Positions 1 through 9,930 of a DNA stretch of 64,000 nucleotides are shown piece after piece. Origin of the DNA: Polyangiales bacterium (GTDB lineage Bacteria > Myxococcota_A > Polyangia > Polyangiales > JADJQN01); contig CAXNJO010000002.1 in assembly GCA_964202905.1 (NCBI GenBank), positions 352,001 to 416,000 of the forward strand, read 5' to 3'. Position 1 is the stretch's first letter, and each line of letters begins with the position of its first letter. The position numbers and the translations under genes were made by a program. The notes below the pieces were generated by a model. That model saw nothing but the letters and a program-made list of their open reading frames with translations. It was not told the origin of the DNA and searched no databases.

Positions 1-1719
1 CACCGGCGCCATGATCGTGAGGAAATCGAAGGCGTACTTGTCCGGCGTGAGCAGCACGTAGTCCCGGCGCCACTGCGCGATGGGCGGCACGACGATGATC
101 GAGGGATCCCCACCCGGGTAGTAGTTCGGGATCCCCGTCGCCTCTTGGCTGCTCAGCGTCTGCAGCACGGCGACCGGGCGATCCGTGGTGAGCTGGAAAT
201 CCTGGTCGGCGCGGAGGATCACGTCCTCGCGCGGGTAGAGCACCAACATGTCGTTCGGCGGCGGGAGCGTCGTCCGCAGCGTGGTCGTGTCGAACACCGC
301 CACGACGCGGACCCACTCGGGCTCGTTGACCTCCGCGACGCTGTCCGCGAGCGGATTGAGGAACGCAGCGTTGAGCGCCGCGGTGCGCCGGGGCGACCGC
401 GCGATGATGAAATCACTGCCCAGCGTGGAGTCCGGGACGAGCTGCTCTTCGAGGTGGTCGGCGCAGCACTGCCGCGTCGCGAGCGTGCCGAAGCGCGGCG
501 CGTCCGACGCCTCGCTGCCGACGTACACGACGACCGGTTTGTCGGCATCGACGATCGAGCCCGTGAAGTCGGCGTTGAACGCCTGCGTCTCGAGGTTCAG
601 CACATCGTAGGGCCCCAGCGTCACCGTCACGGTGTCGGTCTCGCCGAGGAAGGTGCCAGGCTCGAGCCCGACGACCTGAATCGCCTGAACACCGAGGTCG
701 ACGTTCACCGTCGTCCCCTCCTGCGTGCCGACGATCGTGAGGAACGCGCGGAGGTCCTCGTTGGTGCTCGACGGATCGAAGTTGGTGTCCGGGTTGCTCG
801 AATCCGCGATGGTCTGCGGCCAGCCGACCACCGTGTAGCGACGGTCGACGCCGGACGTCGGGATGAGCAGCGAGGCGTCGTTCGAGAACACGCCCACGTT
901 GTCGAGCGGGTTGAACTGGTAGGCGACGATGGGGAGCGTGGAGCTGACGCGGTATGCGTTCGAGGTGAGCGCCGAGTGCGAGCCCTCGTTGGTCCCCGCC
1001 GCGAGGCCGCGCGCCGAGCGACCATCGACCTCGCGCCGCGGCAGCATGAAGACCTCGAGGTCGCCGGGGAGCACCGTCTGCCGGTCGACCTCGGTCGCGC
1101 GGACCGGCTCGCCGGGGGCCGCGTCGTTCTGCGTGATCACGACCTCGGTCGGCGCGACGCCCGCGTTCGACACGACCACCGCGTAGGGCTGCGCCGAGGC
1201 GTCACGCCCCACGCCGAGGGCCGCGTTGTCGAGGTCGACCGCGAAGAACTCGCAGCCCTGATAACTGCGGGTGCGCGTCGCGATCTCGCAGAGGTTCTGG
1301 CAGGAGCCGTCCTGGCACGCGAACCCCGCGTTGATGTCGCACTCCTCGGTGACGTCCCAGCCGCTGCCGTCTACGCGGCACACCGCGGCGTTGCCCTCGA
1401 AGCAGCCGACCTCGCCCGGGCGGCAGACCACGCACCACAGCCCCGGCACGCAGAGTCGCCCGTCGAGCGAGCAGTCGACGCCCCGCTGCGCGAGGAACTC
1501 GCCGTCCTGCACGCAGCTCCGGTAGACCGTCCCGTCGCACGCCTCGTCGGTGACCGACTGGCAGACGAAGCTGCCGTCGATGAACGGCGAGCGCGCGTCA
1601 GAGGCGCCCATGTCCATGCGGGGCGGGACGACCGGCGCCTTGGTGCAGCCGCCGAGCGGCGCGGCGAGAGTTCCGACGAGCAGGACCGCGAGCGAGGCCC
1701 GCGAGACGGTGTGGGTCAC
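1..1719 (-). CDS. IgGFc-binding-domain lipoprotein (3' end runs off the window)
   Basis: Not in the ORF track because it has no stop in the window. GTG at 1719 lies just after the upstream stop and gives MTHTVSRASLAVLLVGTLAAPLGG|C (lipobox). A Cys-rich region follows, then SYQGCEFFAVDLDNA...YAVVVSN and GDPSIIVVPPIAQWRRDY, typical of the IgGFc-binding N-terminal domain. Confidence 0.8.
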   Translation of the reverse strand, partial: MTHTVSRASLAVLLVGTLAAPLGGCTKAPVVPPRMDMGASDARSPFIDGSFVCQSVTDEACDGTVYRSCVQDGEFLAQRGVDCSLDGRLCVPGLWCVVCRPGEVGCFEGNAAVCRVDGSGWDVTEECDINAGFACQDGSCQNLCEIATRTRSYQGCEFFAVDLDNAALGVGRDASAQPYAVVVSNAGVAPTEVVITQNDAAPGEPVRATEVDRQTVLPGDLEVFMLPRREVDGRSARGLAAGTNEGSHSALTSNAYRVSSTLPIVAYQFNPLDNVGVFSNDASLLIPTSGVDRRYTVVGWPQTIADSSNPDTNFDPSSTNEDLRAFLTIVGTQEGTTVNVDLGVQAIQVVGLEPGTFLGETDTVTVTLGPYDVLNLETQAFNADFTGSIVDADKPVVVYVGSEASDAPRFGTLATRQCCADHLEEQLVPDSTLGSDFIIARSPRRTAALNAAFLNPLADSVAEVNEPEWVRVVAVFDTTTLRTTLPPPNDMLVLYPREDVILRADQDFQLTTDRPVAVLQTLSSQEATGIPNYYPGGDPSIIVVPPIAQWRRDYVLLTPDKYAFDFLTIMAPV

Positions 1720-1720
1720 G

Positions 1721-3835
1721 TCAGTTGGCCTGCGCCGTGAAGAAGTCGACGGCGCTCTTCTCCCAGTAGCGGTCGTTCAGGTAGGCGTAGCTGAAGGTGT
1801 CGAAGTCGAAGCCCGGGATGGTCACCGCGTACACCTGCCAGAACACGTCGCCGCGCGCGATGTCCGCGACGCCGAGCGCGGTCGTGTCGGGGATGGGCGC
1901 CTCGCGGACGTCGCCCGGCAGGAACTGACGCCACGCGGGGTTGCCGTCGCCGCCGTTCATCAGGACGATGTGCAGGCTCGGGGTCGGGCCATCGGCCTCC
2001 CAGCGCAGGATGCGATCTGCCGGCAGCGGCGCGCCGTACTCGGGGGACGTCGCGGTCGGGATGCCTAGGAAGCCGGTCATCTCGATCGGCCGATCGACGC
2101 GGACGATGCCCGTCCGCACGATCTGCGTGTAGGGGAGGCCGTCGAAGTCGCCGGTGAACCAGCCCGCCTCCACGCGGTAGCGGCCGTCCGAGAGCGCGTC
2201 GAAGAGCGCGGGCTGCGAGACGAGGCGGAAGGGGAGATCGTTCGTGCGGCGCCGCAGCGTGTCGATCTCGGTGTCGTTGACGACGCGTACGATCACGCCC
2301 TCGCCGCCGAGGTCGACCGCCGCGCGGACCTTGTAGCGGCTCGGGCCGCTGCGGCCGCGCGCAGGCAGGCCCGACATCACGACGTCGACCGAGCGGTCGA
2401 GCGTGATGTTCATCGTCATGTCGCGGTCCTCGATCTCCTCGCCGGGGCCGGCGAGCACGTTGCGCGCGATGCCCATCACGTACGGGACGAACTCACCCGT
2501 CGTGGTGTTCTCGAGGCCCGCGAGCGCGTAGACGGCCATGCTGCCGGGGCGCACGAAGATGCGGTACGGATAGCCGCGCTCGTCGCCGGGCAGCGGATCG
2601 GGGATGACCTCGAGCACGCGCTGGATCGCGCCGGGCTGCGCCGGATCCGGATTCGCCAGGTCGACGGAGGGCTGCGTCGCGTAGACGTAGGCGACCTTGA
2701 TCTCGTTCGCGCGCGCGGGCGGGATGTTGAGCCACGGGTTCGGCGAGAACTCGCTCGGTCCGCGCCAGACGAGCGATCCGCTGATGAACGATCCGCTGCG
2801 GCCGCGCCCGGGCGGCGGCATGCCCATGCCCATGCCGCACATCGGGTCCATCCAGGGGACGAGGAACATCGTCACGTCGCTCGCGTCCGCGGCGACGAAA
2901 CTCGTTTTCTCGAAGCAGAACTTGCTGCCGGTGACGACCTGCGCGCCGACGAGGTCCGCGCCGGAGAAGGTGATGCGCCCGCCCGCGTCGGTGTCGCCGA
3001 CGTACGCCCCGGCGCCGTCGCCGAGGAAGACCGTCGCGCCCTCGACCGCGTCGCCCGTCGTCGCGTTGAGCACGGTGACGTTCACGTTGCCGCTGACCGG
3101 CCCGCCGCCGAGCCCACCGCCGAACGGATCGGACGTGTCGTAGTAGGTGTAGGCGTCGGGCGCGATGACGGTCGTGCCGTCCGCGGTGTGCGTCACGGTC
3201 ACGTCGACGGTGCTCGCCGAGAGCGGCGGCGTCTTGCAGGTGATGCGCGTGGGCGAGACGACCGCGACGTCGGTGCAGGCGCTGCGCCCGAAGGTCACGG
3301 TGTCGCCCTCGGCGAAGTTCGTGCCCTGCCCGACGAGGCTGACGAAGGTGCCACCGGCCACCGACCCGCGGTCGGGCTCGACGTAGAGGGCGTCGTACGT
3401 GTAGCCGTCCTCGAGCATCACGGTGTCGCTGCCGAGGGTCACCGCGACGTCCGCGGGACCGACCTCGCCCGCGGGCACGACGACCTGCAGGCGCCGCGTG
3501 TCGATGAGCTCCATGTCGGCGGGCTGGACCATGCGCCCGCCGAAGGAGACGACCGCGTCGAGGGAGAAGCCGCTGCCGCGCAGGACGACCACGTTCCCGC
3601 CGCGGAAGGGGCCGTGATCGGGCACCGCGCGCGTGAACACGAGCTCGCTCGAGCCGATGCCGGTGTCCGGGAAGGAGGTGCCGAGATCCTCGGGCGGCGG
3701 GCCTGCGTCGCGGCCTCCCGTCCCGAGATCGACGTCCTCACCGACACCCTCGTCGCGGCCGCTGCAACCGGCGCCGAGCGCCGCGAGCGCCACCACGAAC
3801 ACCACCGCCGAACGCCCGAGCATCTTCACACGCAT
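1721..3835 (-). CDS. IPT/TIG-domain lipoprotein
   Basis: Lipobox LGAG|C; two IPT/TIG repeats (PDHGPFRGGNVVVLRGSGF, PDRGSVAGGTFVSLVGQGTNF); GAGGTG SD upstream of ATG. Confidence 0.8.
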   Translation of the reverse strand: MRVKMLGRSAVVFVVALAALGAGCSGRDEGVGEDVDLGTGGRDAGPPPEDLGTSFPDTGIGSSELVFTRAVPDHGPFRGGNVVVLRGSGFSLDAVVSFGGRMVQPADMELIDTRRLQVVVPAGEVGPADVAVTLGSDTVMLEDGYTYDALYVEPDRGSVAGGTFVSLVGQGTNFAEGDTVTFGRSACTDVAVVSPTRITCKTPPLSASTVDVTVTHTADGTTVIAPDAYTYYDTSDPFGGGLGGGPVSGNVNVTVLNATTGDAVEGATVFLGDGAGAYVGDTDAGGRITFSGADLVGAQVVTGSKFCFEKTSFVAADASDVTMFLVPWMDPMCGMGMGMPPPGRGRSGSFISGSLVWRGPSEFSPNPWLNIPPARANEIKVAYVYATQPSVDLANPDPAQPGAIQRVLEVIPDPLPGDERGYPYRIFVRPGSMAVYALAGLENTTTGEFVPYVMGIARNVLAGPGEEIEDRDMTMNITLDRSVDVVMSGLPARGRSGPSRYKVRAAVDLGGEGVIVRVVNDTEIDTLRRRTNDLPFRLVSQPALFDALSDGRYRVEAGWFTGDFDGLPYTQIVRTGIVRVDRPIEMTGFLGIPTATSPEYGAPLPADRILRWEADGPTPSLHIVLMNGGDGNPAWRQFLPGDVREAPIPDTTALGVADIARGDVFWQVYAVTIPGFDFDTFSYAYLNDRYWEKSAVDFFTAQAN

Positions 3836-3901
3836 GTCGCACCTCGCGCCTGGCCAGTGGCTTCCGCGGAAGTATCGGGTTAGCTAAGGGCAAGTCAAGC
3901 C

Positions 3902-5005
3902 ATGAGCCTCCTGCGCCTGGTGGTGAGCGACCTGCATCTCGGCACCGGCGTGCGGCAGGGAGAACTCAACGCATTCGAGGACTTCCTGCACGACGACCGC
4001 TTCGCCGAGCTGCTCGCGCACTACGACGCGGAGGCCGGCGACGCGATGGAGGTCGAGCTCGTCCTGAACGGCGACATCTTCGACCTGCTCAAGGTGAAGG
4101 TCGATGGTGTGTGGCCGCTCGAGATCACCGCCGAGATCGCGGTCGAGAAGCTGCGCCAGTGCCTCGACGGGCACCCGCGCTTCGTGCTCGCGCTGCGCGC
4201 ATTCCTCGAGCGCCCGGCCCGGCGCATCACGTTCATCCCCGGCAACCACGACCTCGATATGTGGTTCCCCGCGACGCACGAGCTCTTCCGGCGCCGCATC
4301 GCGCCCGGCGCGCTCGGGGAGCGCGTGCGCTTCGTGACGCAGTCGGACACGTACCACCTGCCCGAGGGCATCCAGATCCGCCACGGCCACCAGCTCGAGC
4401 GCATCCACCGCGTCGACTACGCGCGGATGACGCGGCGACGGCGCGACGGACGCGAGGTGCTCGACCTCCCGTGGGGCAGCCTGTGGATCCTCGAGGTGAT
4501 GAACCCCGCGAAGGAAGAGCGCAGCTACATCGACCGCATCCAGCCGCTCTCGCGCTTCCTGCTCGCGGGGCTCGTGCTCGACACGGGCTTCTCGGTCCGC
4601 TTCCTGGTGCGCTCGGCGTTCTATTTCCTGCGGCACCGCGTGTTCACGATCCGCGCCTGGAGCCAGCGCATCCGCAACTTCATGACGCTGCTGCGGGAGG
4701 AGATCATCGCGCTCGGCGGGTACGACGAGCTCGCGACGCGCGCGCTCCGGCGCGTGCGCGGCGTGCACACGCTCATCGTCGGGCACAGCCATGCGCCGCG
4801 CTTTCGCGCGATGCCGGGCAACAAAGTGCTCGTGAACACCGGCACCTGGATGAAGATGGTCAACCTCGACCTGCGGCACCTCGGGCAGGACAGCGGCCTC
4901 ACCTACGCGGTGATCGATTACACCCCCGAGGGCCGTCCGCGCACACGCCTCATGCGCTGGAACGGCACGCAGCAATCGTGCGAGACGATCTTCTACGCGG
5001 ACTGA
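3902..5005 (+). CDS. Calcineurin-like metallophosphoesterase
   Basis: Motifs SDLHLG, NGDIFD, GNHD, HGH and GHSH. Confidence 0.85.
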   Translation: MSLLRLVVSDLHLGTGVRQGELNAFEDFLHDDRFAELLAHYDAEAGDAMEVELVLNGDIFDLLKVKVDGVWPLEITAEIAVEKLRQCLDGHPRFVLALRAFLERPARRITFIPGNHDLDMWFPATHELFRRRIAPGALGERVRFVTQSDTYHLPEGIQIRHGHQLERIHRVDYARMTRRRRDGREVLDLPWGSLWILEVMNPAKEERSYIDRIQPLSRFLLAGLVLDTGFSVRFLVRSAFYFLRHRVFTIRAWSQRIRNFMTLLREEIIALGGYDELATRALRRVRGVHTLIVGHSHAPRFRAMPGNKVLVNTGTWMKMVNLDLRHLGQDSGLTYAVIDYTPEGRPRTRLMRWNGTQQSCETIFYAD

Positions 5006-5901
5006 GCGCGCGCGAGGGCGAGGCGCTCGGGCCGGGCCTGCGCGTCGGCGCCTACACGCTGCGCGCCGAGCTCGGGCGCGGGGCGCAGGGCGTCGTGTGG
5101 GAGGCCGACGACGACGCGGGCATGCGCGTCGCGATCAAGCGCCTCGACGCCGATTCGGTCTCGGAGCCGGCGCTCCGCGCGCAGCTCGCGACCCTGCGCG
5201 CGCGGCCGCACCCCGGCCTCGTCGCGCTCCGCGAGGCCTTGGCGCACGACGACGCGCTGCACCTCGTGATGGAGCACATCCCCGGCGACGACCTCGTGCG
5301 CCACGTCCGGCACGACGCGCGCGTCGAGGCGACGAGCGCCCCGCACCTGCCGCTCGCGTTCGGACAGGCGCTCCGCCCGCTCGGCTCGTCCGCGTTCACG
5401 ACGTGCACGCCCGCGGGGCTCGCGCGGCTGCGGCGCGCCTTCGCGCAGCTCGCGGACGCGCTCGAGGCGCTGCATGCGCTCGGCCTCGTGCACCGCGATC
5501 TCCACCCCGGGAACGTGCGCGTCACGCCCGAGGGCCGCGTCGTCGTGCTCGACCTCGGGACGCTGCCGCGCGCCGGCGACACGCACGACCCGGACCGCGC
5601 GGTGGGCCCCGTCTCGCACGCCGCGCCGGAGCTCGGCGACGAGCGCCCCCTCGCCCCCGCGGCCGACTGGTACGCGGTCGGCGTGCTGCTCTTCGAGGCG
5701 CTCACCGGCGACCTGCCCTTCTCGGGTGGCGGCCGCGACGCGTTCGTCCGCAAACAGACGGTCTCCGCGCCCTCGCCGGGCCTGCTCGTGCGCGGTGTGC
5801 CGGCCGACCTCGACGCGCTCTGCGCGGGGCTCCTCGAGGCCTCGCCGCGGCTCCGCGAAGGGGCAGCCCAGATCCGCGCGCGCTGCGGCGGGCCGACCTA
5901 G
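4978..5901 (+). CDS. Hanks-type Ser/Thr protein kinase with a degenerate catalytic loop (start uncertain)
   Basis: LGRGAQGVV, VAIK, HRDLHPGN, DLG, APE and DWYAVG motifs. The nearest in-frame GTG before the Gly loop is 4978, overlapping the upstream gene. Confidence 0.75.
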   Translation: MRDDLLRGLSAREGEALGPGLRVGAYTLRAELGRGAQGVVWEADDDAGMRVAIKRLDADSVSEPALRAQLATLRARPHPGLVALREALAHDDALHLVMEHIPGDDLVRHVRHDARVEATSAPHLPLAFGQALRPLGSSAFTTCTPAGLARLRRAFAQLADALEALHALGLVHRDLHPGNVRVTPEGRVVVLDLGTLPRAGDTHDPDRAVGPVSHAAPELGDERPLAPAADWYAVGVLLFEALTGDLPFSGGGRDAFVRKQTVSAPSPGLLVRGVPADLDALCAGLLEASPRLREGAAQIRARCGGPT

Positions 5902-5913
5902 CCGCGACGCGAC

Positions 5914-6978
5914 CTACGCGCCGCCGCGCTCGGTGTCGGTCGCCGCGCGGCGCGCCTCTTCGCGCCACGCGACCTTGCGCCGCAGCCGCCTGCGTCCGCC
6001 CTGCATCGGCCTGCGGTGCCGCGCCGGGACCCCCGCCTCGAGTCGTCCCTCGAGCTCGTGTGCGGCGGCCGCGACCTCCGCGCCGAGCAGCACGACGAGC
6101 CACGTGAGGAACACCCACACGAGCAGCAGCGGCATGAACGCGACCGCGCCCCACACGAGATGCAGCCCACCGCCGAGGTACGTCACGTAGACGCTGAAGC
6201 CGAGTTTCCCGGCCTCGAGGAGCAACGCGGCGCAGAGCGCACCGACGAGCGCCCAGCCCTTGCCGACGTGCCGCCCCGGCAGATACGCGTAGAGCAAAAA
6301 GAGCGCGAGCGTGCTGCCCGCGAGCGGCAACAGGTGGGTGTCGACGAGCTGGAAGGCCCCGCCCGCCGCGAAGTGCGGGAGATAGCGCGCCCCGAAGACC
6401 GCGAGGAGCGGCGCGCCGACCGCGAGCGCCGCGTGCACGAAGAAGCGCAGCGAGAACGTCGGCAACGGCGGCGCGCGGAAGATGTCGGCGAGCGCCGACT
6501 CCGCCTGACGCACGAGGCCCGTCATGACGGGCAGCAAGAGCACGAGGGCGACGAACCCCGCGGCCGCGATCTCCGAGCGCGTGACGAGCCCGAGCACGGC
6601 CTCCGTCGCCCCGTCCGTCGCCCGCGGGAAGTAGCGCTCCGCGAGCGCGCGCACGAGCCCCTGCGACCCCGCCGTGCCGCCCCAGCGCGAGAGCAGCGCG
6701 AACGTCACCGCGAGGATCGGCACGACGCTCAGCAGCGTGCCGAAGGCGAGCGCCGCCGCCCGCTGCGAGACGCGATCGGCCACGACGCGCCGCACGAGCC
6801 GCCCCACGAAGCGGAAGGCGACGGTCGCGCGCATCGTCCACGGGTGCCGCGCGCGCTCGGCGGGCGGCGGCAACATCGACCGCCGCGCGTAGACGCGCGC
6901 CCTCAGCAGCGCGGTCGCCGTGCGACGCCTCGCGCGCCGGGTGCCGCCCTCCCCGCCCTCGTCGCCTTGCTCGCCCAC
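5914..6978 (-). CDS. YihY/virulence factor BrkB family membrane protein
   Basis: AAALAFGTLLSVVP, about six hydrophobic segments, WGAVAFMPLLLVWVFLTWLVVLLGAE. Confidence 0.85.
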   Translation of the reverse strand: MGEQGDEGGEGGTRRARRRTATALLRARVYARRSMLPPPAERARHPWTMRATVAFRFVGRLVRRVVADRVSQRAAALAFGTLLSVVPILAVTFALLSRWGGTAGSQGLVRALAERYFPRATDGATEAVLGLVTRSEIAAAGFVALVLLLPVMTGLVRQAESALADIFRAPPLPTFSLRFFVHAALAVGAPLLAVFGARYLPHFAAGGAFQLVDTHLLPLAGSTLALFLLYAYLPGRHVGKGWALVGALCAALLLEAGKLGFSVYVTYLGGGLHLVWGAVAFMPLLLVWVFLTWLVVLLGAEVAAAAHELEGRLEAGVPARHRRPMQGGRRRLRRKVAWREEARRAATDTERGGA

Positions 6979-7097
6979 GTCGCCCGCGGCGGCACGCTAT
7001 CACGGGGCGCGCGCCCGCCACCGACTCGCGTTCCGGCATGCGCCTTCGGCCGCACGCCCCGCCGACGCGCCCCCGGTCGCCCCGCGGCGTTCGCCGG

Positions 7098-7170
7098 AGA
7101 CAATCTGACACCGCCCCGACAACTCGACAGCCGCAGCGCAGCGTGTCACAGCGCTTGCCATGGTGTCAGA

Positions 7171-7188
<18 letters not shown>
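7098..7188. promoter_or_regulatory. Four TGNCA-N3-TGNCA-like sites over the promoter/start of the NtrC-family gene
   Basis: AGACAatcTGACA 7098-7110, CGACAactCGACA 7117-7129, TGCCAtggTGTCA 7156-7168, TGTCAgcgTGACA 7176-7188; two pairs spaced 19 and 20 bp. Confidence 0.55.
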
Positions 7189-8571
<1,383 letters not shown>

Positions 8572-8648
8572 ATGGACGCGCCGAGCCGGGACGCCGCCGC
8601 ACACCGGACGGGGTCGAGGGGGCCCCTCGGGGGGGCACGCGTTCGCTC

Positions 8649-8702
8649 TGCCAGATTGTCAACGGACGTCCCGCCCGGAGGGCGCGCGCTGCCACCTTGT
8701 CG
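8649..8702. promoter_or_regulatory. Putative enhancer (UAS) pair upstream of the T2SS promoter
   Basis: TGCCAgatTGTCA 8649-8661 and TGCCAcctTGTCG 8690-8702, 41 bp apart and about 90-140 bp upstream of the -24 element. Confidence 0.6.
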
Positions 8703-8787
8703 GCCGGCCCCGGGTGCCACGGCCCCGCGGAGCGACGAGCGGCCCGAAACGCAGCGGATCGACCGCGAACGCGCCATCGGGAGCGTC

Positions 8788-8803
8788 AGGCACGCGGCCT
8801 GCT
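8788..8803 (+). promoter_or_regulatory. Sigma54 -24/-12 promoter of the gsp operon
   Basis: aGGCACGcggccTGCt: GG at 8789-90 and GC at 8801-02 with exact 10-nt spacing, close to the TGGCACG-N4-TTGCW consensus. Confidence 0.75.
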
Positions 8804-8873
8804 ATGCACGGCCCGGGCGTGGTGTCGCCGGCGTCCGGGCCGGGTGCCCGGGCGGACCGGAAGCGGAGGGTTC

Positions 8874-9908
8874 GTGAGCGTCGATGCGAAGCAGCGCCGT
8901 GTGACCGTGGCCGTCGTCCTCGTGACGACCGGCCTCGTCTCGCTGTTCCTCGCGTCGGGTCTCACGCGGCTGGCCGCGACCGCGCTCCTGCCGCTCGAAG
9001 CGGCAGCCCCGACGCGCGCCCCCTCGGCCGCGACCGGTCGGCCGCTCGGCGCGGGACAATCGCCCGGCGCCCGCCGCAAGGACCCGACGGCGGTCCTTCG
9101 CCGCAACATCTTCGACTCGCAGACGGGCCCGCAGGACGGCGAGCGCGTGCGCCCGCCCAGCCCCGAAGAGCTCGCCGCGGCCGCCGCCGCAGCCGCCGCG
9201 CCCGCCGAGGCGCCCCCCGTCGACCCCAACGCGCCGCCCCCGCCGTGCGACGGCGCGATCCGCCTCGTGGGCGCCTTCTACACGCCCAACCGGCCGGAGC
9301 GCTCCTTCGCCGCGATCACGAACGTCGCCGGGAAGGTGCTGCTCTACCGCCTCGGGATGCCGGTCGACGGCCGCACGGTCAACGCCATCGGCCCCAACAC
9401 CGTCTACATGCTGCAGGGCGCCGCGCGCTGCAGCCTCACGATGTTCGCGCCCCCGGGCGGCCTGCCCGTCGCGCCGACCGCCGCGCCCGCGGTCGCAGCG
9501 GCCGTGACGGCCGAGCCGGCGGGCCCCGCGGAGCCGTCGGGCGGCATCCCGGCCGCGGAGCTCGACGCGGGCATCACCCGCGTGAGCGACACCGAGTACC
9601 GCATCCAGCGCGGCCTCGTGAACCGCATCCTCGAGAACCAGTCGGAGCTGATGCGCACGGCGCGCGTCGTCCCGCACGAGGAGGGCGGCCGCGTCGTCGG
9701 CGTCAAGATGTACGGCATCCGCCGCAACAGCCTGCTCGGCCGCCTCGGCATGCAGAACGGCGACGTCCTGCGGACCATCAACGGGTTCGACATGACGAGC
9801 CCGGACAAGGCGCTCGAGGCCTACGCGCGCCTGCGCGAGTCCGATCACCTCACGCTCTCGGTCATCCGCCGCGGACAGCCGACGAGCGTGAACTTCAACA
9901 TCCAGTGA
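8874..9908 (+). CDS. gspC: Type II secretion protein C
   Basis: GGAGG SD then GTG; N-terminal TM; ARVVPHEEGGRVVGVKMYGIR; C-terminal PDZ (LGMQNGDVLRTING); first gene of the operon. Confidence 0.88.
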   Translation: MSVDAKQRRVTVAVVLVTTGLVSLFLASGLTRLAATALLPLEAAAPTRAPSAATGRPLGAGQSPGARRKDPTAVLRRNIFDSQTGPQDGERVRPPSPEELAAAAAAAAAPAEAPPVDPNAPPPPCDGAIRLVGAFYTPNRPERSFAAITNVAGKVLLYRLGMPVDGRTVNAIGPNTVYMLQGAARCSLTMFAPPGGLPVAPTAAPAVAAAVTAEPAGPAEPSGGIPAAELDAGITRVSDTEYRIQRGLVNRILENQSELMRTARVVPHEEGGRVVGVKMYGIRRNSLLGRLGMQNGDVLRTINGFDMTSPDKALEAYARLRESDHLTLSVIRRGQPTSVNFNIQ

Positions 9909-9930
9909 GCGTTTCGGGAGCGAGCCCAAC

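Noticed and set aside
145..1740. 531-aa plus-strand ORF and the many other long Arg/Ala-rich ORFs in the track
   Set aside because: They are antisense or out-of-frame shadows of high-GC genes; the motif-bearing frame here is on the minus strand.
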